Positions 43,604 to 52,638 of a DNA stretch of 64,000 bases are shown piece after piece. The notes beneath the pieces are model-generated. The model was not told the origin of the DNA, ran no database searches, and saw only the letters and a program-made list of their open reading frames with translations. Numbering within the stretch: the stretch's first letter is position 1; the number at the start of each line of letters is the position of its first letter. The DNA lies in the IMG/VR virus record IMGVR_UViG_3300037466_003379, positions 32,001-96,000 of that record; one strand, given 5' to 3'. This DNA comes from a virus. The position numbers and the translations under genes are program-made.

Positions 43604-44712
43604 ACCTTCCCGGCCGCGCGCATGCGGTCGATCTCGTCCTTCATCGCCTTCGTGCGCTTCGACGCCGGGTAGGCCGTCAGCCGGCGCTTGTAGGCGCCGC
43701 CGATGAACTCGCGGAGCACGAACTCCACGGGGTAGCCGTACGGGTCGACCTTCGCCCGCTGCCGCACGTCCGCGAGCCGCGTGGTGGCCAGCTCGTGCTG
43801 CTTCGGGTCGGTCAGGGTGTCGTCGATCCAGCGCTGCACGCCGTCGAACCCGTCCTGCGTGTACTGGCGGCGCTGGCCCTTCACGTCGAGCTCGGACCAG
43901 TACCGCTCCTGCACCAGCATCTCGGGGAACAGGTCCATGACCTGGTCGTAGAAGACGGGGCTGGTCTCGCGGAGCTTCCCGATCTGCTTCGCGTTCTCCG
44001 CGTGCACCGGCGTCGACACCCGCAGCGCCTGCCCGGCCCACAGCTGGGCGTCGTAGTGCGGGCAGTAGCGGATCCCCCGGTCGTAGAAGTACCGGAAGAT
44101 GTCGTTCTCCTGCCAGTCGAAGATCGGCTTGGCGAGGCTGGCCTTCTTCGTCTTCGTGGCGTTGATGTAGTTCTCGTTCAGCTTCACCGTGCTGGCCTGC
44201 CAACGCACGATCGACTCGGCGGCCCGGATGCCGTTGAGGATCGCGACGCGGCCCTTGAACACGGACGCGGTGACCTCGTCCATGTCGTATTGCGACAGCA
44301 CCGTCGACTCGGGGAGCCCGAGGTCGGCGAGGGTGATGGCGTGCTCAGGCTTCGGCCTGATCCACTCCCGGGCCGGGTCCCACTGCAGGTAGTGGTAGGT
44401 CTTCCCGAGGATGAACTTGTTCGACGCCAGCGGGACCGCGAACCACCGCATTCGGACCCAGTCGAGCTGCCGGTACTCGTCGACGAAGTCGAGCACCGCG
44501 TCGGGGATCAGCTCCTCGTCGCGGAAGATGACGTTGACGTGGCCGATGCCCAGCTCGTCCGACACCTCCTTCACGAGGTGCAGGACGGCCAGGGAGTCCT
44601 TCCCACCGGAGAAGGCGACGACGACCTGGTCAAACAGGTCGTAGATGTGCCGGATGCGGTTCTTCGCCTCCTCCAGCACGTTCGTGTCGATGAACCGCTT
44701 GACCCGGGTCAT
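43600..44712 (-). CDS. IbrA-like PAPS-reductase-family (PP-loop) protein
   Basis: VAFSGGKDS, GIRAAES, KPIFDWQENDIF, LRVSTP. Confidence 0.88.
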   Translation of the reverse strand: MTRVKRFIDTNVLEEAKNRIRHIYDLFDQVVVAFSGGKDSLAVLHLVKEVSDELGIGHVNVIFRDEELIPDAVLDFVDEYRQLDWVRMRWFAVPLASNKFILGKTYHYLQWDPAREWIRPKPEHAITLADLGLPESTVLSQYDMDEVTASVFKGRVAILNGIRAAESIVRWQASTVKLNENYINATKTKKASLAKPIFDWQENDIFRYFYDRGIRYCPHYDAQLWAGQALRVSTPVHAENAKQIGKLRETSPVFYDQVMDLFPEMLVQERYWSELDVKGQRRQYTQDGFDGVQRWIDDTLTDPKQHELATTRLADVRQRAKVDPYGYPVEFVLREFIGGAYKRRLTAYPASKRTKAMKDEIDRMRAAGKV

Positions 44713-45350
44713 CCGAGGTCCAGCCCGCCGAGGTAGGCGTGGATGCGCTCGCCGATGGTCTCCAGGTCCGGGTACTGCCGCCGCAGCCAGCGCATCCACT
44801 CGTAGAAGCGGCTCTGCTGCACCTCGTTGTCGAACACGAGGTTGTAGGCGACCACGGCCTCACCGAGGCCCTTCGACCCGCCGCCCTCGTCGTCGTCCTC
44901 GTCGTCCTCGTCATCCCCCGGGAACGACGGCGGCTCGATGAGTTTCTGCACGTCATCATCGGTGTAGCCGAGGCCGTCGTAGTCGCCCTCGAAGTAGGAG
45001 AGCAGCTGCACGAGGTCGTCGGCGTCGTCGTACCCCAGGCTCGCCTGCCGGTTGTCCGCGACCACGATCCGCCGGGCGAGGTCGTCGTCCATGCGGTGCA
45101 CCTCGCAGCGGACGTTCTTGAAGCCCTCCGCCTTGAGGCCCTGGAAGGTGTGGTTCCCGGCCAGGATCCGGAAGCCCTCGGGGCCCCGGTCCTGGACGAT
45201 CAGGGCCCGGTACTGGCCGTGCCGGCGCAGCGACTTCCGGAGCTCGGCGACGTTCCCGCGCCGGGCGTTCCCCGGGTACTCGTGCAGCTCGCCGAGCGGA
45301 ATGCTCCGCGTCTCGACGAACGTGTCCAGCTCCTCCGTGTTGCTCGCCAC
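44709..45350 (-). CDS. ParB N-terminal-domain protein
   Basis: YPGNARRG, GQYRALIV, ILAGNHT, ADNR. Confidence 0.85.
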   Translation of the reverse strand: MASNTEELDTFVETRSIPLGELHEYPGNARRGNVAELRKSLRRHGQYRALIVQDRGPEGFRILAGNHTFQGLKAEGFKNVRCEVHRMDDDLARRIVVADNRQASLGYDDADDLVQLLSYFEGDYDGLGYTDDDVQKLIEPPSFPGDDEDDEDDDEGGGSKGLGEAVVAYNLVFDNEVQQSRFYEWMRWLRRQYPDLETIGERIHAYLGGLDLG

Positions 45351-45459
45351 GGGGGTCACCTCCTCAGCGGGAGGTCGCACCCCCGCGGTCCAAGTCGTTG
45401 ATCGCTGCGCGGGGGCCGCGCGAGGGTGTCCAGAGATCAGAGCCGCAGGCCGTCGGCCT

Positions 45460-45771
45460 TCACGGCACCATCACCGAGTACGTGGCCACCGCCGACGAGA
45501 TGAGCCGGATGTACGGCGGCCGCGTCTGGGACCGCACGTACGCGGAGGTGTTGGGCTGGACCAGGATCGTGTCCCCGCCGCCCACAGTGGCCGGGGTGCC
45601 GTCCGTGGTGAAGTACACCGGCGCCGACCCGGAGGTCACGAGGACCTGCACGCACGGGGCAGATGGGAGCGCGACCGAGTCGGTCAGGAACCGCACCGTG
45701 TCCTCGGTGTTCGCGGCCAGGCTCTTGTTATGCACGGCGATGTCGGTCAGGGGCGCGACGTAGTCGGTCAC
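45460..45771 (-). CDS. Small beta-rich structural-like protein
   Basis: VYFTTDGTPAT; GAGAGGAG RBS. Confidence 0.6.
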   Translation of the reverse strand: MTDYVAPLTDIAVHNKSLAANTEDTVRFLTDSVALPSAPCVQVLVTSGSAPVYFTTDGTPATVGGGDTILVQPNTSAYVRSQTRPPYIRLISSAVATYSVMVP

Positions 45772-45971
45772 GGCTGGTGCTCCTCTCGCGCGGCCCGGAG
45801 GCCCTCGGGGACGGTTCCGCGTGCTCGAGCGGCCGCCTTCGCGGCGTCGTAGACGGCGTTCCACGCGGCGTCGGCCGCCCGGTCCGGGTCGGCCTGCTCG
45901 GCGAACTCGACCGTGACCCGGATCTGCCCGGTGTCGGTGTCGCGGTCGGTCACGACCTTCACGTCGACCAC
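45768..45971 (-). CDS. Small hypothetical protein
   Basis: Coupled ORF. Confidence 0.5.
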   Translation of the reverse strand: MVDVKVVTDRDTDTGQIRVTVEFAEQADPDRAADAAWNAVYDAAKAAARARGTVPEGLRAAREEHQP

Positions 45972-46165
45972 CTGACCTGCACGTTCCCGGCGGTAGCCGA
46001 CGTCGACCAGGTGCGCGTTGTGGCGGTCAGATGGGCCCGCAGCGCGTCAGCAGTGGCCGCGAGGTTGTCCGCTTCCCGGGTCAGGTCGAGGAACTCCAGC
46101 GGGCCGCTGCGGGCCGCCGGCTCGGGGTCCGGGTCGGGGGTCGCGACGAGGGTGTCAGCGGGCAT
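45959..46165 (-). CDS. Small hypothetical protein
   Basis: Overlapping ORF in the operon. Confidence 0.45.
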   Translation of the reverse strand: MPADTLVATPDPDPEPAARSGPLEFLDLTREADNLAATADALRAHLTATTRTWSTSATAGNVQVRWST

Positions 46166-46279
46166 CTCGCCACCACCCGGGCCCGTACAGCAGGGTCGCC
46201 GTGTAGAGCGCTGCCGCCGCGGTGCCTGCCCGCCACGGCGGGAGGACGACGCCGAGGTACTTCTCCCACAGCCACAGCT

Positions 46280-46717
46280 TCACGACGCCACCCCCAGTCC
46301 GAGAGACGCGGCCGCGGCGAGGCCGCCGGAGGCGACCAGCACGGCGAGGGTCGTGGCGTAGGAGCGGACGCGGCCGCGCGCGGTCGCGCGGAGCTCGGAG
46401 ATCCCGACGACGATCCCGACGGCCAGGACGCCGGCCACGGTGAGGCCGGGCCAGCCGGGCAGCAGCGCGACCGGCACCGCGGGGGCGGCGGACCCGGCGA
46501 GGGTCGCGCCGCCCATCACCGCGGCGCCTCGCGGCGACCCGGCGGACAGGTAGTCCCCGGATGCCATCCCGACCGCGGAGGCGATCGCGAGGCCGACGGT
46601 GGCGGCCAGGACGGTGAGCGGGGGAGTGTGCGCGGCGAGGAGACCGGCGAGGACGCCGACGAGGCTGGTCAGGCCGTCGAACGCGCCGAACACCAGCCGC
46701 GAGGTCTCCGTGCGCAC
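46280..46717 (-). CDS. Minimal VIT1/CCC1-family membrane protein
   Basis: VFGAFDGLTS and AVGMASGDYLS resemble VIT1 TM1/TM2 motifs; about 5 TM; no cytosolic loop. Confidence 0.7.
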   Translation of the reverse strand: MRTETSRLVFGAFDGLTSLVGVLAGLLAAHTPPLTVLAATVGLAIASAVGMASGDYLSAGSPRGAAVMGGATLAGSAAPAVPVALLPGWPGLTVAGVLAVGIVVGISELRATARGRVRSYATTLAVLVASGGLAAAASLGLGVAS

Positions 46718-46718
46718 C

Positions 46719-47420
46719 TCAGACGACGGTGAAGCTGGTGACGTCGCCGCCCTGCGACAGCAGGTACTTGAAGTCCGCGTAGGACAGCCAGCCCCAGCCC
46801 TTCGCGCCCCAGCTGGTGCCCCAGGAGTTGGCGAACCGGACGCGCTGAGCTGCCGGGTCGATGCCGTCCACGCACACCTGGTGGCCGCCCGCGAGCCCGG
46901 AGTGCGGGTCGACCTTCACGACGCCGTGGGAGTCGGGCTCGAACATCGAGTTGAACCACGGCACGCCGATCGTGACCGGCTTCGAGGCGATCGCGGCGAG
47001 CGCCGTGGTCGCGGTGAACGCGTGCATGTACCCGGAGATCAGGCCGCGCGCCTTGAGCGCCTTCGCCGAGTACAGCCCGGTGGAGCCGGTGTCGTCCGGC
47101 GGGTAGTGGCCGGGGATCTCCCGGTCGTCGATCAGGGTTTCCTCGTGGTACAGCTCGACGGCGTCGGTCTCGCTGTAGACCTTGCCGCGCCAGTTCGGGC
47201 CGGTCACGAGGACGCCCAGGGCGGCGTTCGCCGTGCACGAGCCGATCTGGCCCTGGTCGAAGATCGGCACGTGCCGGGTGTGCAGCACGGTCTGCACCGG
47301 CAGGATCGTGCTGGTCAGCGCGAAGCCGCGGGAGCGGGGGTCGTGCACCTGGTGACGGCCGAGACGGCTGTCGGTGCGCTCGAAGACGTGGACGTCCACG
47401 GAGTGGTCCTCCTCAGGCAT
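46719..47420 (-). CDS. Papain-like (C1) cysteine peptidase
   Basis: DQGQIGSC, GGHQV, FANSWGTSWG catalytic motifs. Confidence 0.88.
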   Translation of the reverse strand: MPEEDHSVDVHVFERTDSRLGRHQVHDPRSRGFALTSTILPVQTVLHTRHVPIFDQGQIGSCTANAALGVLVTGPNWRGKVYSETDAVELYHEETLIDDREIPGHYPPDDTGSTGLYSAKALKARGLISGYMHAFTATTALAAIASKPVTIGVPWFNSMFEPDSHGVVKVDPHSGLAGGHQVCVDGIDPAAQRVRFANSWGTSWGAKGWGWLSYADFKYLLSQGGDVTSFTVV

Positions 47421-47469
47421 GGCGAGACCCGGCCCCTCTGCGATGGGGTCGGGCCGATCGGGGGTCGGG

Positions 47470-50400
47470 TCAGGCCTCGGACGGTGTGCCGGCGGTCAGC
47501 CCGGTGGTCACGGTCGGTGCGCCAGCGATCAGGCCGACGACAAGCGGAAGCCCAGCGGCCAGCCCAGCGGTCACGGTCGGTGCGCCCGCGGTCAGCCCAC
47601 CGGTCTCGACCGGTGTGCCTGCGGTCAGCCCGCCGGTGACCAGCGGGGTCCCGGCGTGCAGCTCCCGTATCGCGGACCGCACGGCCGCCAGCGCAGTGAG
47701 TCCGCCGAGGAGCGCGGCCGCGCTCGCGGCGAGGGACTTCCGGGCGGCCGCGCCTGCGGCGAGCTGCCCGAGGTGGGCGACCGCGGCGGCCAGGACGAGG
47801 GTCTCCGCGGTGGCGGACGCGGTGAGCGAGCCGAGCGGAGCCGCCGCCGCGCCGAGCGCGGTCGGGGTGGCGGCGGCGAGCGCGACGACCGGGCCGAGGA
47901 GCGCGGCCGCCGTGCCGGGCCGGATGGATTCCGCGGCTGCGTGCCCGATGAGCGACCCGAGCGGTGCGACAGCAGCCGCTCCGCCCTTCCGCACCGCTGT
48001 CGCAGCCCCGGACAGGGCACCGAGGGCTGCCGTCGCGGATCCGGAGTGCTTCACGGCGGCGGTCGCGGTGGCGGTGAAGCCGAACGCGCCCACCGCACCG
48101 GCGGTGACCTTGACCGACGCCGAGCTCGCGGCGACGAGCCGGCCCAGCGGGGCCGCAGCGGTCGCCTGCACGGTCGGGGTCGCCCCGGCGTGCCCGCCCA
48201 GCCCGCCGAGCGGCGCCGTAGCCGAGGCCGAGCCGCCCGTGGCCGCCGACGCGTGGGCGGTGAACCCGAACGACGCCGCAGCGGACGCCCCGACCTGAAC
48301 TCGAGCAGCCGCAGCAGCGGCGAGAGATCCGAGCGATGCGGCAGCTGCCGCCTGGCCCCGCGGTGTCGCCGACGCGGTACCGGTGAGCCCGCCGAGCGGA
48401 GCCGACGCGGAAGCGGCCCGGGTGGTCCGGGCCGCGGCCGAGGCTGCGAACTGGAGCGGCGCCGTGGCGGACGCCGTGTGCTTCTGGGTCGCCGACGCGG
48501 TCGCGGCGAGCGGCCCGAGAGCTGCCGTCCCGGTAGCGAGCTTCGACCCGCTGCTTGACGCGGCTGCGACGAGCCCGCCCAGCGGGGCTGCCGCGGTCGC
48601 GGCCCGCGCAACGGTCGCGTGTCCCGTCCCCGTGAGCCCGCCGAGCAGAGCGGCCGCCGTGGCAGCCCCGGTCCGGACCGCGCTGGCGTGCGCGGTGAGC
48701 GGCCCGAGGGCGCCGGTCCCGGTGGCCGGGTGGGTGAGCTTCGCGGACGCAGCCGCGGTGAGCGCGCCGAGCGCGGCCGCCGCAGCGGCCCGGACCTGCG
48801 GGGTCGCTGTGGCGTGCCCGGTGAGCGCGCCCAGCGGTGCCGCCGCGGAGCCGGTGCCTGTCCTGGTCGCCGCAGCCGCGCCGGTGAAGACGAGGATCGC
48901 GGCGGCCGAGGCCCGCACGGTGGGCGTGGCTGATGCGGTGGCGTGGAGCGTGCCGAGCGGGGCGGCAGCGGTGGCCTGCACCGTCGGGACGGCGTTGGCG
49001 TGGCCGGTCAGCGCTCCAAGGGGGGCGGCCGCGGTCGCGGTCCACTCCTCGATCGCCGTCGCGTGGCCGGTCAGCGGCCCGAGCGCGGCAGTGGCGGCCG
49101 CGGGCACCGTGACGGCGGCCGTGGCGTGCCCGACGAGCGAGCCGAGCGGTGCCGCGGCGGACGCCCGGACGGTGACGGCGGCGGCGGCCGTGGCGGCGAG
49201 CTGCCCGAGTGGTGCCGTCGCGGTCGCCCGCACCTGCGGTGTCGCGGTTGCTGCTGCGGTGAGCCCGCCGAGGGCGGCCGCAGCCGACCCGGTGGTCGTT
49301 CGGCCCGCGTTGGCGTGCGCGGTGAACACGAACGGTGCAGCCGCGATGGCCGGCACCTTCACCGACGCGTTGGCGTGGCCGACAAGCTGGCCGAGCGGCG
49401 CCGCAGCGGTCGCGTTCACCAGGGGCTTCGCGGTCGCCGTAGCTGCCAGCGCGCCGAGCGGCGCCGAGGCGGAGCCGGTGACCTTCGGCGTCGCCGAGGC
49501 CTGCGCGACGAACCCGAACGAGGCCGCAGCGGAACCGTTGACGCGCACCGAGGCGGCGGCCGTGCCCGTGAGCCCGCCCAGGGGGGCTGACGCGCTGGCG
49601 CGCACCTGAGGCGTCGCTGTGGCGGTCGCAGCGAGCCCGCCGAGCGGGGCCGACGCGGTCGCGGCCCACTGGCGGTGAGCCGCAGCTGCACCGGTCAGCG
49701 ACCCGAGGGGCGCGGACGCGGCCGCGGAGACCTTCGGCAGCGCTGTGGCGCTACCGGACAGTCCGCCGAGGGGTGCGGCCGCGGTCGCCTTGACCGTCGG
49801 CACGGCGGTCGCGGTCGCCGACAGCCCGCCCAGGGGAGCACTCGCGGATCCGGTGACCGTCGCGGCCGTCGAGCCGACGAACAGCGCGCCCTGGCTGGTG
49901 TACTGGGCGCTGACGCTCTGGGTGGCCGTCGCCGTCACCGAGCTGCTGGTGAAGGCGAGGTTGTAGGCGCGGACAGCCGTGAAATAGGTGTCGATGTTGA
50001 AGGTGTAGCCAGTCCCGCTGCCGCCGGAGCCGGTGCCGCTCGTGACGCAGTACCCGACGTAGAGGGCCGAGGTCACGCCCGAGAGCAGGGACGGCTTCTG
50101 GAACGACATCGTGGTCGACGCCGCGCCGTTCGCCCCCGAGTAGTTGTTGACCGTCCAGTTCGTCCCGGAGCCGAGACCAGCGCTGTAGAAGTCCGCCGAG
50201 ATCTCGCAGTTGCCCGGGGTGCCCGTGCGCGTGACCGAGATCGTTTTCCCGGTCCCCACGCTGTTGATCTTGCCCGCCCAGAACGTCACCGTCGTGACGG
50301 CGCCCGACGAGCTGCTCTGCCGAGTACCGACGAGCGTCAGCCCGGCCGACCCGTCGATCCCGCCCGCCGCGGTGCAGGTGACCGCCGTCGCCCAGCTGGT

Positions 50401-50532
50401 CGCCGACGACGTCGCATCGGTGACGACGATCAGGTCGCCCAGCGCGGTCGCGCTGGTGGAGATCGACAGGGATGTGACCGGCTGGGTGACGTTCCCGGTC
50501 GCCGTGAACGTGCCCTTGTGGGTGTACGCCAC
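47470..50532 (-). CDS. Ala-rich repeat fibre/decoration protein
   Basis: Beta-rich head, about 30 repeats of A-x-APLG-x-L-x-A-x-A (about 22 aa), C-terminal GLTAGTP repeats. Confidence 0.75.
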   Translation of the reverse strand: MAYTHKGTFTATGNVTQPVTSLSISTSATALGDLIVVTDATSSATSWATAVTCTAAGGIDGSAGLTLVGTRQSSSSGAVTTVTFWAGKINSVGTGKTISVTRTGTPGNCEISADFYSAGLGSGTNWTVNNYSGANGAASTTMSFQKPSLLSGVTSALYVGYCVTSGTGSGGSGTGYTFNIDTYFTAVRAYNLAFTSSSVTATATQSVSAQYTSQGALFVGSTAATVTGSASAPLGGLSATATAVPTVKATAAAPLGGLSGSATALPKVSAAASAPLGSLTGAAAAHRQWAATASAPLGGLAATATATPQVRASASAPLGGLTGTAAASVRVNGSAAASFGFVAQASATPKVTGSASAPLGALAATATAKPLVNATAAAPLGQLVGHANASVKVPAIAAAPFVFTAHANAGRTTTGSAAAALGGLTAAATATPQVRATATAPLGQLAATAAAAVTVRASAAAPLGSLVGHATAAVTVPAAATAALGPLTGHATAIEEWTATAAAPLGALTGHANAVPTVQATAAAPLGTLHATASATPTVRASAAAILVFTGAAAATRTGTGSAAAPLGALTGHATATPQVRAAAAAALGALTAAASAKLTHPATGTGALGPLTAHASAVRTGAATAAALLGGLTGTGHATVARAATAAAPLGGLVAAASSSGSKLATGTAALGPLAATASATQKHTASATAPLQFAASAAARTTRAASASAPLGGLTGTASATPRGQAAAAASLGSLAAAAAARVQVGASAAASFGFTAHASAATGGSASATAPLGGLGGHAGATPTVQATAAAPLGRLVAASSASVKVTAGAVGAFGFTATATAAVKHSGSATAALGALSGAATAVRKGGAAAVAPLGSLIGHAAAESIRPGTAAALLGPVVALAAATPTALGAAAAPLGSLTASATAETLVLAAAVAHLGQLAAGAAARKSLAASAAALLGGLTALAAVRSAIRELHAGTPLVTGGLTAGTPVETGGLTAGAPTVTAGLAAGLPLVVGLIAGAPTVTTGLTAGTPSEA

Positions 50533-50614
50533 CGAGCCACCCCCGATCGGATCCGGAGGGGCTCGGGGCGGGTGCAGGCCGGGGCCGGGGAGCGGCCCCG
50601 GCCTGCGGAGGGGC

Positions 50615-51001
50615 TCAGGAAGCCGTTGTGAAGGACGCGGTCAGCTGGCCGCTGGGGATCGTGTAGGTGTCGCCCGCGTTGTACGGGTTCGCCGTGATCG
50701 ACCCGGACCAGCCGAAGTTCCCGGCGCCCGCGGTCACCGAGTCCCAGGCCGTGAAGTCCGTGGCGTCCTGCGACCCGGCGATCGACGTCCAGGTCAGGTC
50801 CACGTTCGACGCCTGCGAGCCACCCGAGGCCGCGGCGAAGGTCGCGGCCTTCCGGCTGGTCTCGGTGGCGACCGCCGTCGTGCCCGCAGCACCGGGCGCC
50901 GCAGTGTGCAGCTGGATGTTCTTGTAGGTGCCGGTGAGCCCGCCGGTGACCGCGCTGCCGAGCAGGGCGTTCGCGGCCCCGGTCGAGAGTCCGTCAGCCA
51001 T
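50615..51001 (-). CDS. Small virion structural protein
   Basis: IQLHTAAPGAAGT, WDSVTAG, GDTYTIPSGQL. Confidence 0.7.
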   Translation of the reverse strand: MADGLSTGAANALLGSAVTGGLTGTYKNIQLHTAAPGAAGTTAVATETSRKAATFAAASGGSQASNVDLTWTSIAGSQDATDFTAWDSVTAGAGNFGWSGSITANPYNAGDTYTIPSGQLTASFTTAS

Positions 51002-51004
51002 GTC

Positions 51005-51283
51005 TCAGTTCCCCTCTCCGGGCTCGACCACGGCCTCCTGGCCGGGGTGGTGGAGGCCGCGGGCGCGGAGATGGAGCAGGTGGGCTCGCAGCTCGTCGCC
51101 CTTCTTCCCCTTCGCGTCCTTGATCTGGTGGGCGCAGATCTCGCAGCCGGCCTTGATCGCGTGGCAGTCCATGTGCCACCCGATCTCCTCGCCCTGGAAC
51201 ACGTGGCGGGGGTGGTTGTCGATCTGGTCGCAGCCCTTGCAGGCGCGCACGAACGGCGCGGGCGGCAACGCGGTGTCAGCCAT
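51005..51283 (-). CDS. Cys/His-rich phage protein
   Basis: CKGCDQIDNHPRH, HMDC, CEIC; strong RBS. Confidence 0.65.
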   Translation of the reverse strand: MADTALPPAPFVRACKGCDQIDNHPRHVFQGEEIGWHMDCHAIKAGCEICAHQIKDAKGKKGDELRAHLLHLRARGLHHPGQEAVVEPGEGN

Positions 51284-51311
51284 TCCTTCTCCTTATCGCC
51301 TGGTCAGGCGG

Positions 51312-51668
51312 CTATCGGGTGGTTTCCGGGGAGACGGACACGCGGCCTTCCGCGAGCCTCCACACGGTCTCGGGGTTCGCCGCGGGGTCGGCCAGCTCGA
51401 CGGAGTAGACGCCCAACGTGAAGTCCCACGCCGACGATGTGGCGGCCGGGACGGTCAGGGTGACCGTCCGGTCGTCGGTGCTCACGACGATCCCGTTCGG
51501 TGGGGTCGCGAAGTCGTAGAGCAGGACCGCGTCGCCGGGGGAGCGGCGGATCTGGGCGCGCGCCGTCAGTCCGGTGACGTCGGCGGGCGTCCCGGCGGCG
51601 TCGCGGACCGGGAAGCTGATCTGGTAGGTCGCGCCGGCGTCGATCGACAGGTTGTGCTGCAGCGCCAT
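51312..51668 (-). CDS. BppU-like/adaptor beta-sandwich structural protein
   Basis: IDAGAT, DVTGLTARAQIR, GVYSVEL, RLAEGRVSVSPE; AAAGGAGG RBS. Confidence 0.7.
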   Translation of the reverse strand: MALQHNLSIDAGATYQISFPVRDAAGTPADVTGLTARAQIRRSPGDAVLLYDFATPPNGIVVSTDDRTVTLTVPAATSSAWDFTLGVYSVELADPAANPETVWRLAEGRVSVSPETTR

Positions 51669-51711
51669 GCGGGCACCTCCTTTGCAGGTCAGCGCCCGGG
51701 GGCGGGCATGA

Positions 51712-51748
51712 CGAAGGCCCGCCACCCTTCCCCGGTGGCGGGCCTTCG
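51712..51748. terminator. Intrinsic terminator-like hairpin
   Basis: CGAAGGCCCGCCACC / GGTGGCGGGCCTTCG. Confidence 0.7.
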
Positions 51749-51875
51749 AAGATCAGTTGTGCGGGCTGGTCAGTGGCGAGGGAACGTCCCCTGCAGGTGC
51801 TCACGGGCGCGTTCGACGGCGGCGATGAGGAAGCCTGCTGCCCCGAACAGGGCGAGGATCGTGTTGGTCAACCTT

Positions 51876-52142
51876 CTACTCCCGTTCGTGCTCGTGCGGT
51901 GGGTCGTGCTCGTCGCGGACGATCCGCAGATCGGGCCGCTTCGGTGGCATGGCTCGTAGCTCGTCGAGCAGCGTCTCGACCTGGCGGCGCTTCTCGCCCG
52001 TGAGGCTGTCGCGTGTGCGTTCGAGGTCGGCGATCATCTCGTCGTACCCCTCCTGCGGGGTGAGCCCGCGGGCGGATGGGGCGGCTGACGCCGGCCAGCG
52101 GTAGCTCTCCGTGGGCAGGTCGGGGCTCTCGTCGTCGCTCAC
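51876..52142 (-). CDS. Hypothetical protein
   Basis: GGGAGG RBS, GTGA coupling. Confidence 0.55.
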   Translation of the reverse strand: MSDDESPDLPTESYRWPASAAPSARGLTPQEGYDEMIADLERTRDSLTGEKRRQVETLLDELRAMPPKRPDLRIVRDEHDPPHEHERE

Positions 52143-52405
52143 CGGCTTGCCTCCCGGACCCGCGTCAGCCAGGACACGACCGTACCGATCGTCGGCTCGT
52201 CCAATCCGGCGAGCCAGTCGATCATCCGGCGGTCGTAGGCGCCCAGCTCGACGCCGTCGAGGGCCGCCTCGATCGCTGCGACCCGGGCGGCGATGCGGTT
52301 CTCCCGCCACCGCTCGGTGTCCGGGTCGTAGGGCTGCTGGCGCGGGTACTGGTCGAAGGGCGGACGGAAGTTCTTCGGCGCCTCCTCGAGCGGACCGGTG
52401 CTCAT
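52139..52405 (-). CDS. Hypothetical protein
   Basis: GVELGAYDRRMIDWLAG; ATGA coupling. Confidence 0.6.
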   Translation of the reverse strand: MSTGPLEEAPKNFRPPFDQYPRQQPYDPDTERWRENRIAARVAAIEAALDGVELGAYDRRMIDWLAGLDEPTIGTVVSWLTRVREASR

Positions 52406-52638
52406 CGCTCCATCCTCACCCAGTGCGAGAGCATCGGGCCTGGCACGGAGGCGTGGACGACCGGGATCCCGTACAGCGCGGCGCACCCCGGGAGCACGTC
52501 GTCCGGCAGAACCCACGTCACGTCATCGAGGAGCGCCTGCTCTCGCAGCCTCTGGATCGTGGAGATGCCCGCGACGAGCAGCGCCCGGGCCTGGTCCTCC
52601 TGAGCCGTGACTAGCCTCATGACCTCGTCGCTGATCAC
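52402..52638 (-). CDS. Hypothetical protein
   Basis: Coupled to the recombinase stop. Confidence 0.5.
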   Translation of the reverse strand: MISDEVMRLVTAQEDQARALLVAGISTIQRLREQALLDDVTWVLPDDVLPGCAALYGIPVVHASVPGPMLSHWVRMER

